Source: an uncultured Methanomassiliicoccales archaeon
GTDB taxonomy: Archaea > Thermoplasmatota > Thermoplasmata > Methanomassiliicoccales > UBA472
Length of the DNA: 64,000 bases
Direction of reading: 5' to 3'
Assembly: GCA_963755265.1 (NCBI GenBank)
Contig: CAVWKV010000101.1
Coordinates: 260-64,259 of the forward strand
The translations under genes were made by a program, and so were the position numbers. The notes beneath the pieces are model-generated. The model saw only the letters and a list, made by a program, of their open reading frames with translations, made no database searches and was not told the origin of the DNA. Numbering within the stretch: the stretch's first letter is position 1; each line of letters begins with the position of its first letter. Shown here piece by piece: positions 1 through 8,751 of this stretch.

Positions 1-1143
1 TTCTCCGCAGCTACCATGGCCAGCGCCGAGATCGCCGCTTATCCTTTCACAACCATAAAGCCGAACAAGGGAGTCGGTTACCTGAGGGCACCCTGCCCGG
101 AGAAGCATTTCGGGGTCAAATGCCAGCCAAGGAACTCCGCCTGCGATAACGGCACCAGACTGGTTCCGGTCGAGCTCTTGGACGTCGCCGGTCTGGTCCC
201 CGATGCATGGCAAGGAAAAGGGTTGGGCAACCAGTTCCTCGATGACCTGAGACAGGCGGACGCGTTCATACACATTATCGACGCATCCGGATCGACCGAC
301 TCCGAAGGGAACCCAGTACCGATGGGAACGCATGACCCGATGGTGGACATCAAGTTTCTGGAGAACGAGATCGCCCACTGGATGAAGGGCATTATTGAGA
401 AAGGCTTCGAGAAGGCGGCCCGCATGGCCCACCTTGAAGGTCAGAAAATGGAGGAAATCATCCACGAACGCCTGACCGGACTCGGAGTGCCAATGGCGGC
501 CATCAGTGCAGCGCTGCGCGAATCGAACATGCCCGCCAACCCGATGACCTGGAAGGACGAGGACATGCTCCGTTTGGCAGACAACATCAGGCGATTATCC
601 AAGCCTATCCTGATCGCATACAACAAGTCCGACGTGGCCAGCGACGAGAACCTGAACCGTCTCTCGAAGCTCCCCGATTATCTCACCATCGCCGCCTGCG
701 CCGAGACCGAACTGGCGCTCAAGAAGGCCGCGAAGGCGAAACTGGTCAACTACTCGCCAGGCGAATCTACTTTCTCCACACCTGACCCGGCAAAGCTAAC
801 ACCCGGCCAGAAGAAGGCTATCGATGTCATGGAACATACCATGAAGAAAGTGGGGGGGACCGGAGTGCAGATGTGTCTAGAGAAGGCAGCATTCCAATTG
901 CTGGACCAGATCGTCGTTTATCCAGTCGAGGACGAAACCCGGCTCACCGATCACGCCGGCAACATTCTGCCTGACGCACATCTGATCCGCCGCGGAAGCA
1001 CCGCCAAGGACCTGGCTTATAAGATCCACACCGACCTCGGGGAAGGTTTCATCCGTGCTATCAATGCCAAGACGAAACGCATCGTTGGTCACGACTACGT
1101 CCTTCAGGACGGCGACGTGATCACTATCATATCGAGAAAGTGA
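1..1143 (+). CDS. Obg/YchF-family P-loop GTPase with C-terminal TGS-like domain; 5' end outside window
   Basis: The frame is open from nt 1 (FSAAT precedes the listed Met at 16), so the Walker A region lies upstream. Visible motifs: YPFTTIKPN, LLDVAGLV (DxxG), AYNKSD (NKxD). The C-terminal GHDYVLQDGDVITIISRK resembles a TGS domain. Stop TGA 1141-1143. Confidence 0.8.
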   Translation, partial: FSAATMASAEIAAYPFTTIKPNKGVGYLRAPCPEKHFGVKCQPRNSACDNGTRLVPVELLDVAGLVPDAWQGKGLGNQFLDDLRQADAFIHIIDASGSTDSEGNPVPMGTHDPMVDIKFLENEIAHWMKGIIEKGFEKAARMAHLEGQKMEEIIHERLTGLGVPMAAISAALRESNMPANPMTWKDEDMLRLADNIRRLSKPILIAYNKSDVASDENLNRLSKLPDYLTIAACAETELALKKAAKAKLVNYSPGESTFSTPDPAKLTPGQKKAIDVMEHTMKKVGGTGVQMCLEKAAFQLLDQIVVYPVEDETRLTDHAGNILPDAHLIRRGSTAKDLAYKIHTDLGEGFIRAINAKTKRIVGHDYVLQDGDVITIISRK

Positions 1144-1144
1144 A

Positions 1145-3565
1145 ATGATGGAATCGTATGAGCTTAGACTTCTGACCGCGTCGTACCGCAAGATGGTGGA
1201 CCGCGATGAGGTTATGGTGGAGCTCTATGGCAAGACCCGGGACGGCCGATCCATAGTCGTACGCAACTTCGGGTTCAAGCCTTATTTCCAGGTCATCGAA
1301 CCGAGGCCCGACCTATTGGCCCGCCTGAAGCAGAACCAGGATGTCCTAGAGATCAAGGTCCTCGAGCTGTATTATAGGGGCAAGTTGCGGCCGGCGGCCC
1401 AGATCACCGTGAAATACCCTTGGACCGTTCCCAGCTTCCGCCAGGATATCAAACGCCAAAACTTCGAGGTACTGGCAGCGGACATACCCTTCCATCATCG
1501 TTTCATCTACGACAAGGACATGAGCTCCTGTATCCGCGTTTTCGGGGAACCGGGCAAGGGGGATTATACAACCGATCTGGTCGTGGACATGGACCACTTC
1601 GAGGAGATCGAACCGTTCATCCCGGACCTTAAGATACTCTCTTTCGACCTGGAGAACTCGATCACGAATGGGACCATCCTCACGATTTGCTACGTCGTCA
1701 GGGATAAGGGGGAGATCCGAGATGGAGAAATGATCGAAGGCACCGAAAAACAAATCATACAGCGATTCTCGGAGATCATCCAGACAGAGGACCCCGATGT
1801 TATTACCGGTTATAACATCGATGGTTACGACATCCCGAAGATCCTGGAGAGAGCTCAAAAAGTGGGCGTGAAGACGCTCAATTGGGGCCGGGACCGGTCC
1901 GACCCCCGGCCGATCCAGAAGTTCTGGAGGTTGACTGGACGGCTGATCGTCGACGCCTGGTGGGCGGTGCGCACCGAATTGAGGCCGAAGCAGGAAACGC
2001 TGAATGCCGTCTCGAAGCTTCTGCTCAATGAAGAGAAGATGGACGTCTCGGCCAAGAACATGGACGAGGAGTGGCTCAACGACAAGGACAAGGTGCTCCT
2101 CTACTGCCGCCAGGATGCCAGTCTGGCGCTCAAGGTTCTGGAAAAGGTCGGGCGGATACGGAAGAACCTGGACCTGGCGGCGGTGTCCCGGCTTCCGGTC
2201 GATGACGTTCTGAACTCTGGCAGCTCGATGCTTGTAGATTCCATCCTGATACGAGCGGCGGACCGGGCCAATCCTCGTGTGGGCGTCCCGCTTACTGGTG
2301 ACTTTGACACTGGGGATGATGCCATCGAGGGCGGCTATGTGCACGAGATCGAGCCTGGCCTATACCATTGGGTATGTGTGCTGGACTTCAAGTCGATGTA
2401 TCCTTCACTGATCATCAGCAAGAACATCTGCTTCACGACCAGGGACGAGGCCGGTACCAATGTGTCTCCGGTGGGCGTTCATTTCCTCAGTAGAGAGCAG
2501 AAGCCGGGCATATTGCCCACCATGATGTTGAACCTCATGAAGGCCAGGGATGATACCAAGGCCAAGATGAAGGCGGCGAAGACCCCGGAAGAGGTCCGTT
2601 ACTACGATGGATTGCAGGCGGCCATTAAGGTGCTGATGAACTCATTTTATGGGGTCTTCGCTTCTTCTTTCTACCGGTTCACCGACCGTTCCATCGGTTC
2701 CTCGATAACAGCGTATGCCCGGGAAAGGACAAAAGGGATTATCCAGGAATTGGAGAGCGAAGGCAGGCACGTAATCTATTCCGATACCGACTCGGTTTTC
2801 GTCCAGTCACCCAATCCAAGCCTCAAGGAGTCAATCCAGTTCGGCACTGAGTTGGCGGAGCGCTTCTCCAAGGAAGGGGGTTCGTTGGAGTTTGAGAAGA
2901 TCATGGAGCCCCTGTTCTCCCACGGGAAGAAGAAACGTTACGTGGGCCGAATGGTGTGGCCGAAGGAAGAACTGGTCATCCGCGGCTATGAGATACGCCG
3001 GACCGATTCGTTCGAGCTCCAGTCCGAAGCACTGATGGCGGTGTTCGATAAGATAATGGATGAGAAGATGGACGAGGCGGTCAAGATCGCCAAGCAGTAT
3101 GTCCAGGACACCCTGTGCTGTAGGGTCCCGATCGAGAAACTGGTCATATCCAAGGGGTGCCGCCCCTTCAACCAATACGCGAAGCCGGACTCACAACTGA
3201 CCGTCCAAGTGGCGAAGAAGCTGATGGCCTCGGGAGAGCAGTTCGTTCCCGGTATGAAGGTGTCTTGGATAGTGACCAATTCGAAGAAGTCACCGCAAGA
3301 GGCGGAGCCATATGTCTCGGGACGCAAGTTCACCGGCCAACCCGATTGCCGTTACTACGCGGAACGGATCGCGCAATCGCTCGGCCGGGCCACAGAAGTC
3401 TTCGGATGGGACGACAAGTCCCTGATGGCAGGTAACCAGCAGATGAACCTCCTGAACGCAGCGTTCTGCGATACCGAGGAGAAGAAACCGACCCCAATCG
3501 AGACGGCAAAAAAGGCTGAGGTCAAGAAGACTGACAAGAAGCTCACCCTGGACGATTTCTTCTAG
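1145..3565 (+). CDS. polB: Family B DNA polymerase
   Basis: 806 aa. Exonuclease motifs FDLEN (Exo I), YNIDGYDIP (Exo II), YCRQDASLA (Exo III). Polymerase motifs DFKSMYPSLI (A), KVLMNSFYGV (B), YSDTDSVF (C), KKRYVG. The ATG lies 2 nt after the upstream stop. No intein-sized insertion. Confidence 0.95.
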   Translation: MMESYELRLLTASYRKMVDRDEVMVELYGKTRDGRSIVVRNFGFKPYFQVIEPRPDLLARLKQNQDVLEIKVLELYYRGKLRPAAQITVKYPWTVPSFRQDIKRQNFEVLAADIPFHHRFIYDKDMSSCIRVFGEPGKGDYTTDLVVDMDHFEEIEPFIPDLKILSFDLENSITNGTILTICYVVRDKGEIRDGEMIEGTEKQIIQRFSEIIQTEDPDVITGYNIDGYDIPKILERAQKVGVKTLNWGRDRSDPRPIQKFWRLTGRLIVDAWWAVRTELRPKQETLNAVSKLLLNEEKMDVSAKNMDEEWLNDKDKVLLYCRQDASLALKVLEKVGRIRKNLDLAAVSRLPVDDVLNSGSSMLVDSILIRAADRANPRVGVPLTGDFDTGDDAIEGGYVHEIEPGLYHWVCVLDFKSMYPSLIISKNICFTTRDEAGTNVSPVGVHFLSREQKPGILPTMMLNLMKARDDTKAKMKAAKTPEEVRYYDGLQAAIKVLMNSFYGVFASSFYRFTDRSIGSSITAYARERTKGIIQELESEGRHVIYSDTDSVFVQSPNPSLKESIQFGTELAERFSKEGGSLEFEKIMEPLFSHGKKKRYVGRMVWPKEELVIRGYEIRRTDSFELQSEALMAVFDKIMDEKMDEAVKIAKQYVQDTLCCRVPIEKLVISKGCRPFNQYAKPDSQLTVQVAKKLMASGEQFVPGMKVSWIVTNSKKSPQEAEPYVSGRKFTGQPDCRYYAERIAQSLGRATEVFGWDDKSLMAGNQQMNLLNAAFCDTEEKKPTPIETAKKAEVKKTDKKLTLDDFF

Positions 3566-3637
3566 AGAACGACACTGGCTTTGCTTCGAACCTTCGATTT
3601 GGAACAACGGGGACTCAAGGTTCTGACTGGAAAATCC

Positions 3638-3646
3638 TTTTATATC
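3638..3646 (+). promoter_or_regulatory. TATA-box-like element (TTTTATATC) upstream of rpl15e
   Basis: AT-rich element in the 199-bp spacer after polB, preceded by purine-rich AAAATCC. It sits about 120 nt upstream of the first in-frame ATG, implying a long leader. Inference from position and composition only. Confidence 0.3.
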
Positions 3647-3764
3647 GTTACTCTTTTTGCTCCCTCAGTGACGGGATGAAAGTGATCCCGTAGGAAATGT
3701 ACCCTCACAAGGGCGAATCCCGAAACGCCGCTTCCACTAATTATCGCGGCGGAAGTGATACACT

Positions 3765-4410
3765 ATGGCAGAGAACGAGAAGCCCGTAGAGGGCGAAGAA
3801 GCCAAGAGAAGCGTCTCTGGCAAGAGCATGTACAAGTACATCGCCGAGGCCTGGAACAGGCCGGATGCGACTTATGTCAAAGACCTCATGTTCGAAAGGA
3901 TGATCAACTGGCGCCGGGAAGAGAACTTCTGCCGCGTCGATCACCCAACCCGCCTGGACCGCGCCCGCGCCTTGGGATTCAAGGCCAAGCAGGGATATGT
4001 CATGGTCCGCGGACACGTAAGGAAGGGCTCGCTCCAGAGGCGCAAGATGCGCTGGAAGGGTCGCCGCGCCAAGAGGAAGGGAATCAACAAGCTAACCGCC
4101 GGCAAGAGCTTGAAGTGGATAGCTGAGGAGAGATGCTCCAAGCGTTACCCGAACTTGGAGGTGCTCAACTCCTACTGGGTCGGAGAGGATGGCAGGAATG
4201 TCTGGTTCGAGATCATACTTGGTAGACAAGCACCACCCGGTCATCATGTCTGACCGCAAGATCAACTGGATATGCAGCCCGGTGCATAAAGGTAGGGCAT
4301 ACCGCGGTCTGACCTCCGCGGGTCACAAGGGGCGTGGATTGAGGTGGAAGGGTAAGGGCGCAGAGAAGATGAGGCCCAGCGGTGCCGCGAACGACCACCA
4401 CAACAAGTGA
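3765..4410 (+). CDS. rpl15e: Ribosomal protein L15e, reading frame interrupted by one extra nucleotide at 4221/4222
   Basis: ORFs 3765-4253 and 4189-4410 together spell a complete L15e: [13 protein letters not shown]...[18 protein letters not shown] then [40 protein letters not shown]. The frames join if one G of GG 4221-4222 is skipped. The conserved N-terminus starts at MYKYI (ATG 3828), so 3765 may be too far upstream. Confidence 0.85.
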
Positions 4411-4434
4411 TAAACCTCTTAGAACAGTATTTTT

Positions 4435-4460
4435 TCGCCCGTATGGGCGATTCTTTTCTT
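4435..4460 (+). terminator. Hairpin plus T-rich tract between convergent rpl15e and the thiI-like gene
   Basis: TCGCCC-GTAT-GGGCGA (6-bp GC-rich stem, 4435-4450) followed by TTCTTTTCTT and preceded by TTTTT. It starts 25 nt after the rpl15e stop. Confidence 0.45.
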
Positions 4461-4550
4461 ATTATTCTGATCAACATCCAGATACGACCGGAATTGGGCC
4501 GACCATAATGATGGACCTATAGTTGGATAGTATCGGCGTTACGAAGCTGT

Positions 4551-5429
4551 TCAACCGCGGATCCGCTCCATGCGCGCGGCGATGGTCGGCCCGTCCATTC
4601 CGACGATGGGATAGAATGCCGGCACCGACAGCCCAATGCTCTCCTTGATCCTCGCTTCGTCCTCGATCAAATAGCCATACACGATCGCGGACGCCTTGTA
4701 CTTCCTGCAGTAAGTCTGCAGATCACCAGGCGGGAGCACTCTTAGTTCCGGGTCCCATCGCCTCACGATACGCACAGCCTCGTTCTCCTCTTCCGCTATG
4801 GCGAATGCCCGGCAGCCCCTCTTCATGATCAACCAGGCCGCTAATGCATCGGTGTCCTTCTCCAGCACGACCAACACCTTTCCTTGGCTGCCCATGGGCA
4901 ACCCGCCTGTCCCGTCGCAATACTGTGAAAAGACGAACGTCTGGTTGTCGCGGACTTCGACGAATATCTCTTTGTCCGGATAGTGAATGTCCACCTTGAC
5001 CCCACGCTCCTGGTTGGCGTTGAGAACGGCCTCGCCCACTATCACGGCGACCTCCATGCTGGTGAATGGATGGGAACCAGAACGGCGGGACTTGATCTTG
5101 AAAGTCGAATTGTCGGCCAAGACTTCCTTTGAGTAGCTCACCGCTGTGGCCTTGATCGATTCCATATCGCTTGAAGTCTCGATTACCGGAGACACGGAAG
5201 CGATGCCGAAGACCCTTTGTAGGACCTTGATGCCGTCACCGATGCGTGCCTTGTCGGTGCGGACGTATATCCTTCCCTGGTCACAGTTGACTAGTGCCTC
5301 GATCCCTTCCCTGGCCAAGGCTGAGATCATGTTGTCCATCAGTACTCTCTCGAAACGCGAGCGGACGGACCGGGACTTGAGCCCGACCTCTGAGTACCTG
5401 ACCAGGATTAGATCCATATGCGGATGCAA
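4551..5429 (-). CDS. THUMP-domain protein, ThiI-like with degenerate and shortened PP-loop domain
   Basis: 292 aa. The N-terminal half resembles the ThiI ferredoxin-like and THUMP region (LILVRYSEVGLKSRSVRSRFERVL, FKIKSRRSGSHPFTSMEVAVIVGEAV). The C-terminal half aligns with the PP-loop region (GKVLVVLEKDTDALAAWLIMKRGC), but SGGxDS is replaced by EKDTDA. Confidence 0.7.
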   Translation of the reverse strand: MHPHMDLILVRYSEVGLKSRSVRSRFERVLMDNMISALAREGIEALVNCDQGRIYVRTDKARIGDGIKVLQRVFGIASVSPVIETSSDMESIKATAVSYSKEVLADNSTFKIKSRRSGSHPFTSMEVAVIVGEAVLNANQERGVKVDIHYPDKEIFVEVRDNQTFVFSQYCDGTGGLPMGSQGKVLVVLEKDTDALAAWLIMKRGCRAFAIAEEENEAVRIVRRWDPELRVLPPGDLQTYCRKYKASAIVYGYLIEDEARIKESIGLSVPAFYPIVGMDGPTIAARMERIRG

Positions 5430-5537
5430 GCCTACGGTTGGTTAAAAGGATTTTGATGTGCCATCCCGTCGAAGGCAATCATTCAGATGACCCGCATTGA
5501 TTATATCTAGCTAGTGCCCATCTGAAGCCCCGAAAAT

Positions 5538-6383
5538 ATGGATCCCCTGACCGCCCTCATCGTTATTGCTTTTGCGGTTCTTGCCGGCTTGATGGGCTCC
5601 CTGCTTGGATTGGGCGGCGGAATAATCATCATCCCTGCGTTGACACTGGTGCTCGGCTTCAGTATGCAGGAGGTGATCGGGGTATCGCTCATTGGGGTTA
5701 TTGCGTCGTCCACTGGATCTGCCTCCAGGTATGTGCAGCAGGGCTTCGTCAACGTCAAATTGGGGATGCTGCTGGAGACTTCAACAACGGTCGGTTCGAT
5801 CATCGGGGCGCTCATTGCCATATATACCGACCAGAAGATCCTGGCCGTGGTCTTCGCCGTCATGATGTTGTATAGTGCCATATACATGCTTCGACGACCG
5901 GAACGCACAATATCCCCTGGCAGCGCAGAGCTGGACGGACAGATGCTCGACCTCTCATGCACCTACACCGACGCTAGGAGCGGGAAGGAGGTCTGCTATG
6001 GTGTAAAGGGCATCAAGACTGGCATGGGAGCGGGTCTCCTGGCCGGGGCCACTTCCGGTATGCTGGGGGTCGGTGGCGGCGTCATCAAGGTCCCGGTGAT
6101 GAACACCTGCATGTGCGTTCCCATGAAGGCGGCCACAGCCACCAGCAATTTCATGATAGGTGTCACTGCCCTGGCCGGGGCTGTGGTTTACTATTCCTAT
6201 GGATTAATCTCCCCTGTGCTGGCGGCGACGGTTGCGGTAGGTGTCATCATCGGGGCGTTTATCGGCACCCACCTCACCTTCAGTTCAGAGGGCCACAGCA
6301 TCCGCACGATGTTCTCAATCGCGCTCATCCTGATTGCGGCCTTGATGGTCCTAAAGGCGGCCGGTTTGCTGGAGGCGGTGTGA
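5538..6383 (+). CDS. TauE/SafE (DUF81) family membrane anion exporter
   Basis: 281 aa, polytopic. Two internal glycine-rich repeats, GSLLGLGGGIIIIP and SGMLGVGGGVIKVP, are typical of the family. Confidence 0.8.
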   Translation: MDPLTALIVIAFAVLAGLMGSLLGLGGGIIIIPALTLVLGFSMQEVIGVSLIGVIASSTGSASRYVQQGFVNVKLGMLLETSTTVGSIIGALIAIYTDQKILAVVFAVMMLYSAIYMLRRPERTISPGSAELDGQMLDLSCTYTDARSGKEVCYGVKGIKTGMGAGLLAGATSGMLGVGGGVIKVPVMNTCMCVPMKAATATSNFMIGVTALAGAVVYYSYGLISPVLAATVAVGVIIGAFIGTHLTFSSEGHSIRTMFSIALILIAALMVLKAAGLLEAV

Positions 6384-6384
6384 C

Positions 6385-6714
6385 ATGGCTAATGAGAAAT
6401 TGAATCGGACCATGTACTACGTATTAATCACTGGGATGATCCTTAGTTTCGGAACCTTGGTCGTAGGGCTAATCATGTACGCGGCGAACCCAACCGAAGG
6501 GACCACGCTGCCTCTGGACAAGATTGTGGACGGCATCGTTCACGGAAACCCAATCGCGGTCATCGACCTGGGTATCGTCATCCTAATCGCCACACCTCTA
6601 GTGAGGGTAATCGCGGCAGGTTTGTCATTTGGTCTGGAAAGGGATTATCGGTTCGTAGGCATTGCAACGTTCGTGCTAATTATGATCTTAATAGCAGTCT
6701 TCGTCAAACCTTGA
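6385..6714 (+). CDS. Small membrane protein, DUF1634-like partner of the TauE gene
   Basis: 109 aa with 3-4 hydrophobic segments. The ATG lies 1 nt after the TauE stop. The family call is from memory of the DUF81/DUF1634 pairing. Confidence 0.55.
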   Translation: MANEKLNRTMYYVLITGMILSFGTLVVGLIMYAANPTEGTTLPLDKIVDGIVHGNPIAVIDLGIVILIATPLVRVIAAGLSFGLERDYRFVGIATFVLIMILIAVFVKP

Positions 6715-6764
6715 AGCGGGTCCACGCAAACCGTTATTATCATCATCCAGATTCACTATGAAGG

Positions 6765-8102
6765 ATGGGCATGACCGACGATAAGAAGGATGAAAAGTGG
6801 TACTATACGTTCCTTCCATACAACATCGCTGGAGGGAGCACAAATCCAATCATCCCGTTATTCGTGACCGAGGGACTGAAGGGGACGGTGGCGCAGGTCG
6901 GTATCGTTTCGGCCATCACATCGCTTGCCGCGGTGCCAGCGAACATATTGTGGGGCAACCTGTCCGATACTCTGCAGAAACGGAAGCCGTTCATCATCTT
7001 GGGCTTCCTTGGCATGGGGCTTGCACTGCTTCTGATGGGATTGTCCACCAACATCCCGCAGTATTACCTGGCGAACTTCCTGCTCGGACTGCTGGCCGCC
7101 GCAGTGGCCCCGGTAGGAACGGTCCTTGTCCTGGAATCGTTCGAGAAGAAGGACTGGGCAAAGCATCTGGGTGACTTCAGCAAGGTTGGTGGCTTGGGCT
7201 GGGTCGTAGGATTGATCATAGGAACGGCCTGGCTCATCCTTCTGGGTGGCTCGGACGGGGAGAACTCCACCCGGGCGCTCTTCCTACTGGCAGCAGTGCT
7301 TTGCCTCGTGTCCACCATACTGGCTTTCCGCTGGGTGCCGGAACCGAAGGAGAAGATCAGGCGGGAATGCCTCGACCCAGAGGACTATGGACACGTGTCG
7401 ATTCACATCATCGAAAAAGCACGATATCTGCCCCAGCGGGTCATGTTCGTCGCCAAGGTCAGCGCCAAGAACCTTAAACTGGCCAATTTCCCTGCCAACC
7501 TCAAGCGCTATTACATGATCACGTTCCTGGCCTTCGCAGGATTCCTCTCGTTCTACGTCGCGTTCCCAATCTTTCTAAGCCAGTATGTTGGGCTGAGTGA
7601 TGTTGACATCTTCATCATCTACATCGCCTCGTCCGTCGCCTCGGTCCTGACCTACGCCTTTGTAGGAAGGCTCATCGGGCGAATCGGCGGGAAGCGGATA
7701 CAAGCGGTCGCGTTTACCTCACGCATATTCATCTTCCCAGCGTTCTTCATGGTGACAATGCTGAACCTGCCGTTCCCGGCGCTGTTCGCCGCACTGTTGG
7801 TATTGCATGCCTTGGCTGGACTCTGCTGGGCTGGAATAAGCGTCTCCGGAAACTCCTTAGTGTCGAGGATGTCGTACCGAGACTTCCGAACCCAGTCGCT
7901 CGGCATGTACAGCTCGATCCAGGGAGTGTCGGCCATATTCGGCTCGGTATTGGGCGGGTTCATAGCCGAGTACTACGGTTACCAGACAGAGTTCCTGATG
8001 TCGTCGGGATTCATCCTGGCCGGGCTTATCCTGCTCCTCTCAACCAACGTTGATATGATGCCGGGAGACGAAGAGGGACCGCACATAATCAAGTGCGAAT
8101 AA
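6765..8102 (+). CDS. MFS-type transporter
   Basis: 445 aa with about 12 hydrophobic helices in a 6+6 layout and a charged central loop (PEPKEKIRRECLDPEDYG). The substrate is not inferable. Confidence 0.7.
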   Translation: MGMTDDKKDEKWYYTFLPYNIAGGSTNPIIPLFVTEGLKGTVAQVGIVSAITSLAAVPANILWGNLSDTLQKRKPFIILGFLGMGLALLLMGLSTNIPQYYLANFLLGLLAAAVAPVGTVLVLESFEKKDWAKHLGDFSKVGGLGWVVGLIIGTAWLILLGGSDGENSTRALFLLAAVLCLVSTILAFRWVPEPKEKIRRECLDPEDYGHVSIHIIEKARYLPQRVMFVAKVSAKNLKLANFPANLKRYYMITFLAFAGFLSFYVAFPIFLSQYVGLSDVDIFIIYIASSVASVLTYAFVGRLIGRIGGKRIQAVAFTSRIFIFPAFFMVTMLNLPFPALFAALLVLHALAGLCWAGISVSGNSLVSRMSYRDFRTQSLGMYSSIQGVSAIFGSVLGGFIAEYYGYQTEFLMSSGFILAGLILLLSTNVDMMPGDEEGPHIIKCE

Positions 8103-8120
8103 TAATCAATGATCGATTCT

Positions 8121-8564
8121 TCAGAGTTTTTCTGCTATCCCCTTGCCGAAGAGCCTAGCCCTTTCTTCCTCGCCTTCCGCCAACGGACCCCGCATCCCGA
8201 CCACGACGAACGACGCCTCAGCAATAACCTGCTTTCCCTTCTTCTCGAGGATCTTCCTCAACTTAATGGCAGCACCTTCAGGGAAATCCTTCATCCTGGT
8301 GTCGAAGACGGCAGTCTTGGTCCCTTGATGATCTTCCCTTAGAGCATTCTTCAGCAGAACTGAGAATCGAAAAGGCACCCTGCCGTAATGGGTCGGGGTT
8401 CCAAGCACCCATAGGTCCTTGTTCCGGAAATCCTCTTCGCCGGAAATGGCAAACGAACGGCATTCGACCGTTTCGACGCCGCCTTCCTTGAGGCCTGCGG
8501 CGATGGCATGGGCGATCTTCTCTGTGTTCCCATGTTTGGAATCGAACAAGACAAAGGCCTTCAT
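8121..8564 (-). CDS. Flavodoxin-like protein
   Basis: 147 aa. N-terminal MKAFVLFDSKHGNTEKIAHAIAAGL (FMN phosphate-binding loop type), alternating beta-alpha pattern, WVLGTPTHYG. Confidence 0.75.
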   Translation of the reverse strand: MKAFVLFDSKHGNTEKIAHAIAAGLKEGGVETVECRSFAISGEEDFRNKDLWVLGTPTHYGRVPFRFSVLLKNALREDHQGTKTAVFDTRMKDFPEGAAIKLRKILEKKGKQVIAEASFVVVGMRGPLAEGEEERARLFGKGIAEKL

Positions 8565-8681
8565 GACCCCACGACGGTGAATGCCGGCGATAAGGATTGC
8601 GGAAGCTCCTGCCTATCACCGGGGAAGCAAGAGCGATACTAATGCTCGAAATAACCGATGAAGACGATATTTGATTGAAAA

Positions 8682-8750
8682 TGGTGGTGGAGGGAAGGGA
8701 TTTGAACCCTTGGAATACTGGGGACAAGACGGTCGATCTACGCCGCATGA
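8682..8750 (-). pseudogene. Degenerate 3' fragment of a tRNA-Leu-like gene (T-arm, acceptor 3' strand, CCA)
   Basis: 8682-8713 (TGGTGGTGGAGGGAAGGGATTTGAACCCTTGG) matches 9588-9620 of the intact tRNA-Leu apart from a 1-nt indel. Weaker similarity (about 20 of 30) continues through the variable and anticodon region. No 5' acceptor strand is present. Confidence 0.7.
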
Positions 8751-8751
8751 T

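Noticed and set aside
1346-2344. 332-aa minus-strand ORF inside polB. Similar long antisense ORFs occur at 28458-29027, 38267-39031, 43334-44062, 49376-50251 and 61011-61847.
   Set aside because: All lie antisense to genes with unambiguous catalytic motifs, have skewed Arg/Leu/His/Asp-rich composition and no recognisable domains. They are treated as GC-driven shadow ORFs.
3563-3565. TAG reassignment (pyrrolysine) as seen in some Thermoplasmata-related methanogens
   Set aside because: TAG terminates well-defined genes at the expected protein ends: polB at 3563-3565, the DUF1801-like gene at 21264-21266 and JAMM at 18791-18793. No pyl genes or in-frame TAGs in conserved genes were seen.
3660-3764. 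Structured leader upstream of rpl15e as an autoregulatory element or K-turn. The hairpins are ACGGGAT-GAAAGTG-ATCCCGT at about 3680-3700 and CGCTTCC...GGAAGTG just before the ATG.
   Set aside because: The stems are short (6-7 bp), and no tandem sheared G-A arrangement diagnostic of a K-turn could be defined. This cannot be evaluated without covariation data.
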